DNA from: Octopus vulgaris
Taxonomy: Eukaryota
Direction: 5' to 3'
Assembly (NCBI GenBank): GCA_951406725.2
Contig: OX597824.1
Span: 70,432,001-70,496,000 of the forward strand
DNA length: 64,000 bases
Positions within the stretch are counted from its first letter, which is position 1; the number at the start of each line of letters is the position of its first letter. Positions 1-12,686 of this stretch are shown one piece after another. The translations under genes were made by a program, and so were the position numbers. The notes beneath the pieces are model-generated. The model did not search any database. It was not told the origin of the DNA and saw only the letters and a program-made list of their open reading frames with translations.

Positions 1-77
1 GTAGTGACATATTGACCGAGAGAGAGAGAGCTACAGAGATAAAAAATATATAAAAATAGACAAAGAAAAAGAGTGAA

Positions 78-144
<67 letters not shown>

Positions 145-243
145 AAGAGAGAGAGAAGGATTTATATATTTTATAGTGTCTCATTGTTTTACTGGAGAGA
201 CGGAAGCAAAAGACATACAGAACTGTGTGCGTGTGTGTATATG

Positions 244-274
<31 letters not shown>

Positions 275-547
275 CCTAGAGACAGAGATAAACTGCTCTT
301 TTTTATCAGTTTTGTTTTTGTTATGTATTTTGTATATTTTTTCTGACATCATGTCTATCAATACGACAAGCGTACGATTGATAGAAATGCGTGTATATGT
401 GTATATGTATGTATGTCAGGACGTGCGAGTTTGTTTTTTTGTGTGTGTATGTGTGTGTATGTGTGTGCTTGTGCGCGCGCGCTTGTTTTCTTGCGTGTAA
501 GGTATCTCAAAGGTACACATCTAAATCAGAAACCATTTATAAAGGCA

Positions 548-1290
548 GGGAGTTCTGAGTTCAAATTCCGCTGACTTCGACTTTCTTTTTCATTCTTTCG
601 GGATCGACTTTAACTTTCATCCTTTCGGTTTCGATAAATTAAGCACCAGTTGCGTACTGGGGTCGATCTAATCGACTGGCTCCCTCCCACAAAAATTTCG
701 GTCCTTATGCCAAGAGACGAAAAGATCCTTTCGGTGTCGATAGATCAAGAACCAGTCGGGTATGAGGTCGATCGTATATACTAACCCCTTTCCAATAAAA
801 CTAATGGCATTGTACCAAAATGTGAAACCTTTAATATAGTAAAGGCGTTCTGAGTTCAAATCCAGTCGGGGACAAAATTTACTCCGACGAAATTTGAACT
901 CAGAACGCCTCCATTATATCAAACTTGGAACGTAAAGAACCAGATCAAACACTGCAAGGGATCTCGTCTGATGTTCTAACAAGTCTGCCAAATCCACAAT
1001 TCATCACCCTCGACTTCGTGTTATCGAATCCCGAGAAGATGTAAAGTAAAGTGAACCTCGACAGGATTTGAACTCGGGACGTAAAGAACCAGAACAAGCC
1101 CTGCAAGGCATGTCGTCTGATGTTCTTACAAATCCCTAATTCATTCCCCTCGATTGGTACTTTGATCGACTCTCGAAAAGATAAAAAAAGATAAAGTTGA
1201 CCTTGACAGTATTTGAACTCAGATCGTAAAGAGCTGGAACAAATATCCAGAACGTATTCTATCCCATGATCTAACGACTCTTATCGATTT
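548..1290. mobile_element. Cluster of degenerate SINE family B fragments in both orientations
   Basis: Repeated decayed motifs gagttcaaattcc, ctttcatcctttcgg..tcgataaattaag and atttgaactcagaacg that match the intact family B copies elsewhere in the window. Confidence 0.75.
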
Positions 1291-1762
1291 TCCACTACCT
1301 TAAGGGGAAAAAAATAGACAAAAACGGGTTATCGATTTTCCAAAATGGATGATAATGTAAAAGAAACAAGTAAAAAAAAATGGATGGGAACCACTTTTAC
1401 AGGACGAAATCTTTAAACCTGGAGAGGGAAAGGGAAAAAAAATCAAACAAAAACAGAAGAAAAAGACTAGGAATGGTCTGTGTGTCGTCGGCAATAATTT
1501 GTCAATGGAGGAGATCGATAAAAAGAGTTCAATAAGGTTCGATTGTTGTGAGAAATGACGAATCTAACCCAGCGTTGGCCAGATCAATGTCATGGAGGAA
1601 GGAAACCAAAAATGAAGGGGATTTTTCGGGGGGGGGGGGGCATGGTAAGTAGTAGTAGTAGTAGTAGTAGTAGTAAGAGGAGGAGGGGGAGTTTAGTGTA
1701 CCAGGTGGGTGTGTTTACTAACCAAAAATATGCGTTCCATCTGTAGGCATCTACATACATTA

Positions 1763-2163
1763 CTCTTTACTCTTTTACTTGTTTCAGTCATTTGACTGCG
1801 GCCATGCTGGAGCACCGCCTTTAGTCGAGCAAATCGACCCCCGGACTTATTCTTTGTAAGCCCAGTACTTATTCTATCAGTCTCTTTTGTCGAACCGCTA
1901 AGTGACGGGGACGTAAACACACCAGCATCGGTTGTCAAGCAATGCTAGGGGGACAAACACAGACACACAAACACACACACATATATATATACATATATAC
2001 GACAGGCTTCTTTCAGTTTCCGTCTACCAAATCCACTCACAAGGCATTGGTCGGCCCGGGGCTATAGCAGAAGACACTTGCCCAAGATGCCACGCAGTGG
2101 GACTGAACCCGGAACCATGTGGTTGTTTAGCAAGCTACTTACCACACAGCCACTCCTGCGCCT
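1763..2163 (-). mobile_element. tRNA-derived SINE, family A, full length
   Basis: Minus strand starts ggcgcaggagTGGCTGTGTGG (A box)...GGTTCAGTCCC (B box), then a CORE-like cttgggcaagtgtc, an internal (TA)/(CA) tract and a tail ggtgctccagcatggccgcagtcaaatgactgaaacaagtaaaagagtaaaagag. More than 12 copies in the window. Confidence 0.9.
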
Positions 2164-2171
2164 CTACATAC

Positions 2172-2248
<77 letters not shown>

Positions 2249-2254
2249 CATTTT

Positions 2255-2460
2255 CTACTTTAGGCACAAGGCCTGAAACTTTTGGGGAGGAAACCAGTCA
2301 ATTAGATCGATCCCAGTACGTAAATGGTACTTAATTTATCAACCCCGAAAGGATGAAAGCAAAGTCGACCTCGGCGGAATTTGAACTCAGAACACGAAGA
2401 CAAACAAAATACTGATAAGCTTTTCACCCGGCGTGCTAACGTTTCTGCCAGCTCGCCGCC
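2255..2460 (-). mobile_element. tRNA-derived SINE, family B (short-tail variant)
   Basis: Minus strand ggcggcgagctggcagaaacgttagc...GAGTTCAAATTCC (B box), central ctttcatcctttcggggttgataaattaagtacc resembling the Meta-SINE core domain (from memory), tail tttcaggccttgtgcctaaagtagaaa. Confidence 0.85.
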
Positions 2461-3139
2461 TTTATATGTATACATATTAGGTCGCTTCAAAGACTCGTAA
2501 TAGTAACATCTTGAATATAGCTGCATGGATACGTTTACCTGGGATGAAATCATAATGCAACTGAGCCAACAGGACACTACTGGATACCACATTCTTGGAA
2601 AAATCTGGCTGTAACTTCTAGCAGGTAACATGAGTGCACAGAGGCACTCTCGAAAAACAGCTAAGTGTTCCATTAACAGGGGTCAATAAGAATAAAGAAA
2701 GAAGAGGAGGCTAAGGGAACAGAAGGTATATCGTACACGTATCGTACCCGGAACTAGTAACGTCCTATCTCAGAAAGTACTCGCTTCTGATAAAATTCTA
2801 CTCAAGCCGCTCTCACTCTCTCTCTCCTCTCTGTTTCTCCTCTCTCTCTCTCTCCTCTCTGTTTCTCCTCTCTCTCTCTCTCCTCTCTCTCCTCTCTGTT
2901 TCTCTCTCTCTGTTTCTCTCTTTCGTGGAGTATTTGTGTGCTTAGCATCTGTTGAGAGTGCAACCAGCAGAAAATAAGTCTAAGTGACTTTAAGATTCAA
3001 AAGTCTAAAGGTCTAAGTTGTTCTTAAGATTATATCTTTTCCGAGTTAACAACCTTGTGTGTGCGTGTGTGTGTGTGTGTGTGCGCGCGCGCGCATGCGT
3101 GTGTGTGTGTGTGTGCGCGCGCACGCGTGTGTGTGTGTG

Positions 3140-3392
3140 AAGGAATGATGCACTTATGATCGCGAGATATTGGTTTCGATTCATAGACCGGACGCTGCGT
3201 TATGTTCTTGAGCAAAACACTTCGTCTCATGTTGCCCAACGGTCGACCTGACATGTGGTACACCGGGCAATGTCGATTTGACAGAGGGCGTGTGGTAGTT
3301 GATATACGGCTCAAACATTCGGTTATTTATAAACAAATTATCTGTGCTGGTTGTTCAGAAAGAAATTGTCCTCGTCTGACAAGAGAGTTCAC
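3140..3392 (+). mobile_element. Degenerate tRNA-derived SINE (additional family)
   Basis: B-box-like ggtttcgattc followed by CORE-like gttcttgagcaaaacacttc; the 3' part resembles 4660-4745. Confidence 0.5.
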
Positions 3393-3469
3393 CACGTGTG
3401 TGCGCGTACCTGTGTGTGTAGCATTGAGGCAACGAATAAAAGGTTATATGACTTTATTTGCTGACATGT

Positions 3470-3639
3470 GCTTCGCAAAGCCTTTAGTCGAGTAAATCGA
3501 CCCCAGGACTTATTCTTTGTAAGCCTAGAACTTATTCTATCAGTCTCTTTTGCTGAATCGCTAAGTTACGGGGACGTAAACACACCACCGTCGGTTGTCA
3601 AGCATTGGTGGGGGGACAAACACAGACACTCAAACATAT

Positions 3640-3688
<49 letters not shown>

Positions 3689-3845
3689 TACGACGGGCTT
3701 CTTCCAGTTTCCGTCTACCAAATCCACTCACAAGGCTTTGGTTGGCCCGAGGCTATAGTAGAAGACACTTGCCCAAGGTTCCACGCAGTGGGTATGAACG
3801 CGGAACCATGTGGTTGGTAAGCAAGCTACTTACCACACATCCACT
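3470..3845 (-). mobile_element. SINE family A
   Basis: Colinear match to 1763-2163, tail truncated. Confidence 0.88.
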
Positions 3846-3917
3846 TTCATTCCTCCACCTCATTCTCTATTTCATATCTTATCTAAATTAACTATTGCTT
3901 AACCATCTTCTCAGACC

Positions 3918-3965
3918 GTCTCCGATGAAGGGGTAAAATAAATGCCCTAGAAACAGCTATAAGAC
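3918..3965 (+). ncRNA. Degenerate minimal type-I hammerhead ribozyme motif
   Basis: GTCT-CCGATGA-AGGG...CCCT-A-GAAACAGCTAT-A-AGAC: stem I GTCT/AGAC, core with U4>C, near-palindromic stem III (ACAGCT[G>A]T). Confidence 0.6.
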
Positions 3966-4056
3966 CTTCGATTTATAGATGTTCTAAAATCTACACAGCC
4001 TTGGTTTTTTTTATCTCATCACGAAAAAATCATATATACATATATATATATATATT

Positions 4057-4151
4057 TTACATTTTATAAAGGGCTTAGTAAAATAAATTACTTTGCCACA
4101 TACAGTATGTGGCAAAGTAATTTATTTTACTAAGCCCTTTATAAAATGTAA
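4057..4151. repeat. Perfect palindrome, 47-bp arms, 1-nt spacer
   Basis: ttacattttataaagggcttagtaaaataaattactttgccacatac-a-gtatgtggcaaagtaatttattttactaagccctttataaaatgtaa. Confidence 0.95.
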
Positions 4152-4237
4152 TATTTTGAATTCGCCTTAAATGGTCCCTTTACATACTGAATACTTGGTG
4201 AAATTGATTAATAATTAATTAATTTTACCCTCAATTG

Positions 4238-4269
<32 letters not shown>

Positions 4270-4277
<8 letters not shown>

Positions 4278-4402
4278 AGTGAATTGAAGAAATGGAGTTG
4301 AACGAAGATTGAACAGAAATCGTTTTATTGCATTCTGTAGTTTTTAAAACGATTTCTGTTCAATCTTCGTTCAACTCCATTTCTTCAATTCACTAATAAT
4401 AT
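4270..4402. repeat. Perfect inverted repeat, about 58-bp arms, about 17-nt spacer
   Basis: atattattagtgaattgaagaaatggagttgaacgaagattgaacagaaatcgtttta and its reverse complement at 4345-4402. Confidence 0.95.
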
Positions 4403-4751
4403 TAAAATTCAATTATCCGCACCAACGCACGGTTGCAACAACTTATGGTTGTACCTCCAACCGTGCTGTCTTCTGCTGTGATTTTTGCTACCAAGGTATC
4501 GGTTAAACTTTTGATTAATCTGCAACAAGATTATTCATCTTTCTATTTCACAAAATATATATATATATATATATATTGCTTCGACATCAAATACGTGGTA
4601 CACTGTACATCTACTCAGACAACGTCGATTTAATAGAAATAGTGAGGTAATGTGCAGCACGAACGTTTGATCACTGTAACCAAATTGTTTGTGCAGGTCG
4701 TTCGGCAAAAGCTGGACAATCATCCTACGTCGTCGTCGACAGGTGAGTTCA

Positions 4752-4836
<85 letters not shown>

Positions 4837-4837
4837 G

Positions 4838-5329
4838 GTGAGAGAGTTGGTACGTGAAAGCACGTGCTTGGATGTATTAAAGACAAAAAAGAGTGAAAAA
4901 ACTACAGAAGGCTTGTGTTATATGGTTAAAGAATATATTTAAATCGTTATGTTAGAAAAATGTTATAAAATTTTGTGTATAGTAACATAATTTTTGGAGA
5001 AATAACCGGTTTCGTATTTTGTTTTCAAATTTCTCAAACTTCTTTATCTATATCGTGTCATGTCTTCGCTATGTTGTGAAATATGGTGTTCCAGGTAGGG
5101 GAAGGTAATTAGGGATTTTTCCGGTATAAGGGAGATAATCAAAAATGCTTTATATATTTTTTCCCAATGAGGTGAGTTTCCTTATTTAAAAATGTTAGAA
5201 ATGGTTAAGTTTTGTCTTATATTTTTCAATGAAGAAGGTTTCCTTATTTAATCTAACATGTGTTGGTGTTCCAGTGGCACATTGATAGAATGGAAAGATT
5301 ACAAATTGTTGTAGCCCATTTATATATGT
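4838..5329 (-). mobile_element. Penelope-like retroelement 3' remnant (GIY-YIG endonuclease C-terminus plus degenerate hammerhead)
   Basis: Minus 5320-5195 translates FVIFPFYQCATGTPTHVRLNKETFFIEKYKTKLNHF*, fitting the PLE GIY-YIG C-terminal pattern R..kE..FI..y...LN. Downstream gaagt-ttgagaa...GAAACCGGT-T-atttc (5041-4996) is a decayed hammerhead. Confidence 0.6.
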
Positions 5330-5343
5330 ATATATGGGTGTGG

Positions 5344-5724
5344 TGGAAGCACTCCGTCGGTTACGACGACGTGGGTTCCGGTTGATCCGATCAACGGAAC
5401 AGCCTGCTCGTGAAATTAACGTGTAAGTGGCTGAACACTCCACAGACACGTGTACCCTTAACGCAGTTCTCGGGGATATTCAGTGTGACACAGAGAGTGA
5501 CAAGGCTGGCCCTTTGAAATACAGGTACAACAGAAACAGGAAGTAAGAGTGAGAGAAAGTTGTGGTGAAAGAGTACAGCAGGGATCACCACCATCCCTGC
5601 CGGAGCCTCGTGGAGCTTTAGGTGTTTTCGCTCAATAAACACTCACAACGCCCGGTCTGGGAATCGAAACCGCGATCCTACGACCGCGAGTCCGCTGCCC
5701 TAACCACTGGACCATTGCGCCTCC
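5344..5724 (-). mobile_element. tRNA-derived SINE, family C, full length with 12-bp TSD
   Basis: Minus ggaggcgcaatggtccagtggttagggcagcggac...GGTTTCGATTCC. TSD ATATATGGGTGT at 5330-5341 and 5725-5736. Near-identical copies at 46038 and 60063. Confidence 0.92.
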
Positions 5725-6051
5725 ATATATGGGTGTAGGACGTCACCAACTGGGTAAACAGCATGAAGTACGAAAACAAACGAGTTAAATACGTAAACGA
5801 GAGAACAAAAATGGAAAACAGGACAAGTAAACACAGAACTACCCTTCATCAGTTGTCGGTTGTCTATATACTCCCCATTTCGATCATTCAACGACGATAT
5901 GAAGAGTAGATAGACAACCGACAACTGATGAAGGGTAGTTCTGTGTTTACTTGTCCTGTTTTCCATTTTTGTTCTCTCGTTTACGTATTTAACTCGTTTG
6001 TTTTCGTACTTCATGTTGTTTACACAATTGGTGACGTCCTGTACCCATATA
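5725..6051. repeat. Long inverted duplication (about 145-bp arms), probably a Penelope-like pseudo-LTR fold-back
   Basis: 5725-5873 is the near-exact reverse complement of 5903-6051; each arm carries CTGATGAAGGG on one strand. Confidence 0.85.
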
Positions 6052-6161
6052 TGCATGTATATAACGGGAAGCTTTATGAAAATAAACAAAAGACGAAGGC
6101 AGGTGGAATACAAACAAACAATTGTACTAGTATGGCGCTCAGGAATATAAATAAAACAAGT

Positions 6162-6197
6162 CTTTAACGTTTCGAGCCTACGCTCTTCGACAGAAAG
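6162..6197 (-). ncRNA. Variant minimal hammerhead motif in a short repeat (about 6065-6275)
   Basis: Minus CTTT-CTGTCGA-A-GAGC-GTAG-GCTC-GAA-AC-GT-T-AAAG. Core A6>U variant; homologous to 21306 and 55515. Confidence 0.55.
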
Positions 6198-6275
6198 ATA
6201 CACAGAAAAGAAACACGGAGAGAAATAAGGAGAGAAAAAAAATGCGTGCAAAAGCTAGCGATCCAACATGGCGAG

Positions 6276-6331
<56 letters not shown>

Positions 6332-6553
6332 GTGTGTGTGTGTGTGTGTATTGTCATTAGTTCATATATCCGAAAAAGAAGCACACTGCAAAACATCAGA
6401 GCAGTAGTATATTTAGAAGTTTGTTTGTTTATGGTCGGTCAGAGAGTAACTATTGGTTTCGCACCTATAAAGCGCTTAGCTGTATAGCTGACTTGTCAGA
6501 TTCGACGTTTTCCTCCCTCCAGTAATAGAGAGATTATGTGCCTACGGCCATTT

Positions 6554-6613
6554 GCGTCTGACGAGTCGTCTGTGCAGCTAAGCTCTTCGTAGATGTGAAA
6601 CCAATGGTCACTC
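6554..6613 (+). ncRNA. Type-I hammerhead motif with an inverted degenerate copy at about 6440-6502
   Basis: GCGT-CTGACGA-(stem II)-GAA-ACC-AAT-GGT-C-ACTC: intact CUGANGA/GAAA core and GUC cleavage triplet. 6408-6502 is an inverted diverged copy of 6554-6635. Confidence 0.65.
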
Positions 6614-6640
6614 TCAAACAACCTTCTAAATATAATAATA

Positions 6641-7033
6641 CTAGCAGTATCGCCCGGCGTTGCTCGGGTTTGTAAGGGAAATAACTATAAAGCATTTTTA
6701 GAGAGTTATAGCCAAAAAATAGCAAAAAATGCATTAAAAATGGAAAAAAAATTATGGTAAATTTTTTTTTAAATCGTTGACTCATCGTAGACATTTTTAG
6801 AGAGTTACTTCCCTTATATTTAAAAAATATGCATTAAAATGGAAAAAAATGATAGTAAATTATTTTTAAAATCGTAGATTCATCGTAGACGCGCGCTAAT
6901 ACCCAGAAGAGCTTGATATGAATCACGACTATAAGATACCCGGTTTTGGTTAAACTGCACCGCAAAATGTGGGAGTAGTTAGGAATCTAAATCGGAGTAG
7001 ACAGACACACAACCTTTCTTTTATATATAAAGA
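6641..7033 (-). mobile_element. Non-autonomous Helitron
   Basis: Minus strand begins TC(tttatatataaaag) and ends cccgagcaacgccgggcgatactgCTAG (subterminal hairpin plus CTAG), between A and T with no TSD. Near-identical to 39036-39417. Confidence 0.85.
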
Positions 7034-7039
7034 TGTGTA

Positions 7040-7273
7040 TACGAAGAGATGCTGAAAAGTTCCTGGCTTTAAGTGTGTCGCAAAAGGCCTGGTTTGGTCG
7101 GATAGGATGGCTAATCTTCCGAGTTCTTTTACAGGGCTTGGTAAAACTAAAGGACTGCTGCAATAGGAGCATAAATCTGAGAGTGGAATATGTTGAGTAA
7201 AATCACAATTAACTGATCCCCCAGTATTTTCTTTTTACCCAAAGCCAGGAACATTTTTAATCATCCCCTTGTA
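7040..7273 (+). mobile_element. Mariner-derived MITE
   Basis: Imperfect TIRs tacgaagagatgctgaaaagttcctggcttt / aaagccaggaacatttttaatcatccccttgta with TA ends. The interior resembles a decayed mariner transposase C-terminus (FY.G..KL..R......G.YVE). Second copy at 27210. Confidence 0.7.
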
Positions 7274-7521
7274 TATATATATATATAGCTGAATTATAGA
7301 AAATGGGCTGAATGACGACAGACAGTTTTTATTCTAAATCACTACAATTGTTTCCACACATCGTTATACCCCGTAGTTAGCTGTAAGTTAATGAAGTCCA
7401 TAAGATAATCATTTATTAGTTAATCATCTCTCTTTGTTATATATATATATAGAGAGAGAGAGAGAGACAGACAGACTGACAGACAGATAGATACAGGCAA
7501 GGCAGACAGAGTCAGAGAGGC

Positions 7522-7593
<72 letters not shown>

Positions 7594-7675
7594 TAGAGAT
7601 AAACAGGACAGGCAGCAGACAGAAATAAAGTGAAAGTGAGAGACAGAGTGACAGCAGGTCCCCCCTCTCTCTCCC

Positions 7676-7708
<33 letters not shown>

Positions 7709-7913
7709 GCCTTTCCGCCCCTCCAGCTTCTACACTATGAAGTCTCCCATTAAGCAATTATAGACGAAAAATAGAAGCTGTGTTGGGGGTTTTGTGAGAG
7801 GTAAGAAGAACGATTGTAACATGGGGACAGAGAGTGACATACATTACTAGAGGTAGGAGAAGGGCTAATATGGAGAATATCGTGTGCATGTGGCGTGTGT
7901 GTGTGTGTGTGTG

Positions 7914-7948
<35 letters not shown>

Positions 7949-8198
7949 TGCAAGAAGAGGCGAATAGAAATGATGAGTGGAACAGTTTAAAGATAATCTG
8001 GTATGTGTGTACATTGTGTGTGCATGTGTGTGTGTGTGTGCCTGTGTGAGTGTGTATGTTTGTGATGTATCTTCACGTGTGCGTATGTGTATGCGTTTGT
8101 CTGTGTGTGTGTGTGAGAGAGAGGGGGGAGAGATAGAGATGAAGGTCAGGATGAAGAGAGTGAGGAAAAGAAAGAAAGGATGTGTTGAAACACATACC

Positions 8199-8271
<73 letters not shown>

Positions 8272-8439
8272 ATGTATGTATGTATGTATAATAGCTATCG
8301 AATACATAATAAATATACATGGATCAGAATCCAATTTGTCCAGTACATACATATATACATCTTATACACGCATTACACACATGACATATATACACATACA
8401 TAAACACACACATGCAAAACATACATGCATACATACATT

Positions 8440-8491
<52 letters not shown>

Positions 8492-8623
8492 GTGCAGCAC
8501 ACCTACATTACATACATATAAACACTCACATATACATACAGAAATATAACATGCATACACACACATACTTATACACACATAGATATGAGATAGAACACAT
8601 ATATAAATACATAAATATGTGAT

Positions 8624-8672
<49 letters not shown>

Positions 8673-9034
8673 GACAGAGACAGACAGACAGAGAGAGACA
8701 GGAATCCATAAGTGAAAACTCTAAGAGGGAAGAGAGTGGGACAAATAACAAAAAACAAAAAAAAAAAAGAAAGAAAATAGATATTTTGTGTCATCATCCT
8801 CGCCTAAAGAGAAAAGCTGTGTGGTTAGGAATTCCAAATTGAATAGCATTGAGACATTTAAAGTAGAGTATCATCACTCATCAAAGGTGTGGATGTATAC
8901 GATAGTCACACACACACACACACACATTCTTGTATATTTTCGCGTGTGCTTCTGTGTACTAACATAAATATACAGATAGACACACAAATATTACACGTAG
9001 GCATAATAAACACACACACATACATAATTATATT

Positions 9035-9070
<36 letters not shown>

Positions 9071-9461
9071 TATGTATGTATGTACGATGGGCTTCTTTCA
9101 GTTTCCGTGTATTAGACACACAAATATTACACGTATGCATAATAAACACACACACACATACATAAATATATTAGTACAGACACACACACAGAAATATGTA
9201 TGTATGTACGATGGGCTGCTTTCAGTTTCCGTGTATTAAATCCACTCACAAGGCTCTGGGGGTTGCCCCGGGGGATATAGTAGAAGATACTTGCTCATGA
9301 TGGCATGCAACGAAACTGAACTTGAAACCATGTGGTCAGGAAACAAACTTCCTACCATCCAACCACGCCTGCTCTTATACACACACACATAAATACATAC
9401 ATACATACATACATACACACATACGTACATACCTGCACACATGCATGCATACATGTGCGTG

Positions 9462-9505
<44 letters not shown>

Positions 9506-9508
<3 letters not shown>

Positions 9509-10565
9509 CCACTGCGTGGCACCTTGGGCAAGTGTCTTCTGCTATAGCCTCGGGCCGACCAAAGCCTTGTGAGTGGATTTGGTAGACGGAAACTGAAAGA
9601 AGCCCGTCCTATATATGTATATATGTATGTGTGTGTGTGCATATGTTTGTGTATATGGTCCAGGTTTCTGAGCCATATAGTAGGATTGGTTCGACTGTGG
9701 CTTTGAATATTTCAAGTTTGAAGTCTCTACTTAGATTTGATGACCAGATCTTATGCATGTCATTACAGGCTGACCAGGCCATACCCTTTCTAGTTAGAAA
9801 GTCTTTTCCAGATGATGATATGTATGACCCAAGATATTTATAATCAGAAACTATATTTAAAGGTGCACTGTTGAGAGTGTGGATGATGCAATCACTGTTG
9901 GACAGGCACTTGTTTATGTATTCAGTTTTGGTCTCATTAAGGTAAAGACCTACACAATTTGAGGCTTGTTCAAGAGATTGAGAGGCGGTTGGATGGAACC
10001 TACACTCGCCTCCTTATGAGAGCTCAAAATCTCTCGTGGAGGCGCCATCCAACTAAAATGCAAATATATGAAATTACCACCTGTGTCATCTCTTGTGAAG
10101 GGTAGGAGAGTCCAGTTTGCTGGACATTGTTGTAGAGCTGAAAAAGAATAATTTCTACTCTTCTCCTCTGGAAGCCATCTACTCGCAACACCAGAGGGCG
10201 CACACTCTCCTACCCTGATGTAATCTCCAGGGATACAGGCATCCAGCAACAGGACCTCCGTAATGCTATGATGGACCGTGAAGTCTGGCGCAACATGGTA
10301 AATTCCATTGTCTCGACCACGGTCGAACAATGATGATGATGATGTGTATATGGTTGTCCCCACCCCCACCCAACATCACTTGACAACCGATGCTGGTGTG
10401 TTTAAGTCCCCGTAACTTAGCGGTTCGGCAAAATAGACCGATAGAATAAGTACTAGGGTTAGAAAGAATAAGTCCTGGGATCGATTTGCTAGACTAAAGG
10501 CGGTGCTCCAGCATGGCCACAGTCAAATGACTGAATACAAGTAAAAAGAGTAAAAAGAGAAAAAG
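9506..10565 (+). mobile_element. SINE family A interrupted by a LINE insertion
   Basis: The 5' half (9506-9659) and 3' half (10343-10565) are colinear with family A. Confidence 0.85.
9660..10342 (+). mobile_element. 5'-truncated, 5'-inverted RTE-like LINE with 12-bp TSD
   Basis: Minus 9966-9657 encodes VGLYLNETKTEY...DYKYLGSYISSSGKDFLTRKGMAWSACNDMHKIWSSNLSRDFKLEIFKATVEPILLYGSETWT. Plus 9967-10330 continues ERRLDGTYTRLLMRAQNLSW...RRVQFAGHCCRA...DREVWR, then a (TGA)n tail. TSD TGTGTATATGGT at 9648-9659 and 10343-10354. Confidence 0.9.
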
Positions 10566-10567
10566 AG

Positions 10568-10615
<48 letters not shown>

Positions 10616-11117
10616 CATACATATAGACAGATAGATACAAAGATACGCATGTACATACACACATACCAACATGCATAACAACGTTGATAATGATTGTGTG
10701 TGTGTGTGTGTGTGTGTGAGCCTCTGTGTGTGTGTGTGTGTGTATGTGTGTGTGTGTGTGTGTTTGCAGATATATTTACATATAATCTAACATTAAAAAT
10801 TGTCTCGTCACACCCGAATGTCGTACCCGCGGATTCTTTCCCACCGGTGGTATTTCTGTCGTCTCGTTGCCAACGACACCCTATCTCTTCTCTCCACCAA
10901 GACTCGATGACATTAAAACACCAACATCGCGGTTACACTTCGGTGGACTATGGAAAGTATGGAAGATATGCTAGCACTGTGTGTGTGTGGGGGGGGGGTG
11001 AGTGCGTGCGTGCATGCTTGTGTGCGTGCGTGTGTTTTATTTTCCTCCGGATAATGAAGAGAGAAAAAAATATTGCAAGTGAGAGTCGTCAATCGCCCTC
11101 GTCGATTGCATGAGGAT

Positions 11118-11166
<49 letters not shown>

Positions 11167-11273
11167 CGTGTGTGCGTGCGTGTGTGTGCGTGTGTGCGTG
11201 CGTGTTTTATTTCCCTCTAGAGAATGAAAAAAATATTGCGAGAGTTGTCAATCGTCCTCGTCGATTGCATGAC

Positions 11274-11318
<45 letters not shown>

Positions 11319-11768
11319 TGTGTGTGTGTGTGTGTGTGTGCGAGCAAATGTTGTGTATGTGTGAATGTGTGAGTGTCTACATATACGAGTGTAAGTGCGT
11401 GTACTTGTGTATGTATGTGTGTATCTGTGTGTATGTCTGAATGCGCGTGCGCGTGTATAGGTGTGTGTGTACTGTGTGTGTACGTGTGTGTATGTGCGAA
11501 TGAGTGTATGCACGTGTGTATGTGAGTGTGTGTGTGCGTGCGTGCATGCGAGTGTGTGAATGCTCACGCGTGCATGTGTGTGTATGTGCGTGTGTCTGCA
11601 TACGTATTAATCTGCGTATGCGTGTGTGAGTGTGTATGTCTACATAAGCGTAAGCGTGTCTACGGATACGTACGGATCTACGTGTCCGTATGTGTGTTTA
11701 CGTGCCTGCATACGCGCACGTGTGAGTATGCATGTGCACCAGTATGCATCTACGCACGTATGTCCATA

Positions 11769-11830
<62 letters not shown>

Positions 11831-12239
11831 CACGTGTGTGAGTGTGTTTTCATATGCCTGTGTCTATATATATAGGTGTCTATCGACATATGTATGTATT
11901 TATCTAGATATGTGCGTGTACCGACATATCTGCGTGTATATGGATACGTGTGTATGGATCTATGTGTCTATCGACAAAAATTTCTAAGCGTGTACGTGTT
12001 AATACATCTGTTTGTTGTCTACACCACCTCTCTTCGTCTTTTGTTTTTTTTGTTTGTGAATATATATATATATATATATATGTATACACACATACACACA
12101 CACACAACACACGAGTGTGTCTATGCGTAAGTATATATCTAAATGCTAAGTATGAGTATGTTTGTGTCACACGTGTGTATGGATGACACGTATGTGTGCG
12201 CCATTTACATATGCGTGTTTGTGTATGTATATATATATA

Positions 12240-12403
12240 CTCTTTTACTTGTTTCAGTCATGTAACTGCGGCCATACTGGAGCACCGCATTTAGTCGAGC
12301 AAATCGACCCCGGGACATTCTTTGGACGCCTAGTACTTATTCTATTAGTCTCTTTTGCCGAACCGCCAGGTTACGGGAACGTAAACACACCACCATAGGT
12401 AAA

Positions 12404-12494
<91 letters not shown>

Positions 12495-12642
12495 TAGGAC
12501 GGGCTTCTTTCAGTTTCCGTCAACCAAATCCACTCACAAGGCTTTGGTCGGCCCGAGGCTATAGTTGCCCAAGGTGCCACGCAGCGGGAAGGAACCCGGA
12601 ACCATGTGGTTGGTAAGCAAGCTACTTACCACACAGCCACTC
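12240..12642 (-). mobile_element. SINE family A
   Basis: Colinear with 1763-2163. Confidence 0.88.

Positions 12643-12686
<44 letters not shown>

Noticed and set aside
1932-2276. Recurrent ORFs such as YDGLLSVSVYQIHSQG... and RRASFSFRLPNPLTRLWSARGYSRRHLPK...
   Set aside because: Antisense translations of SINE family A; they recur because the SINE does.
10800-10975. Unique CpG-containing island with MTLKHQHRGYTSVDYG before a GTATGG donor-like site
   Set aside because: Too short, with no supporting acceptor, promoter or homology.
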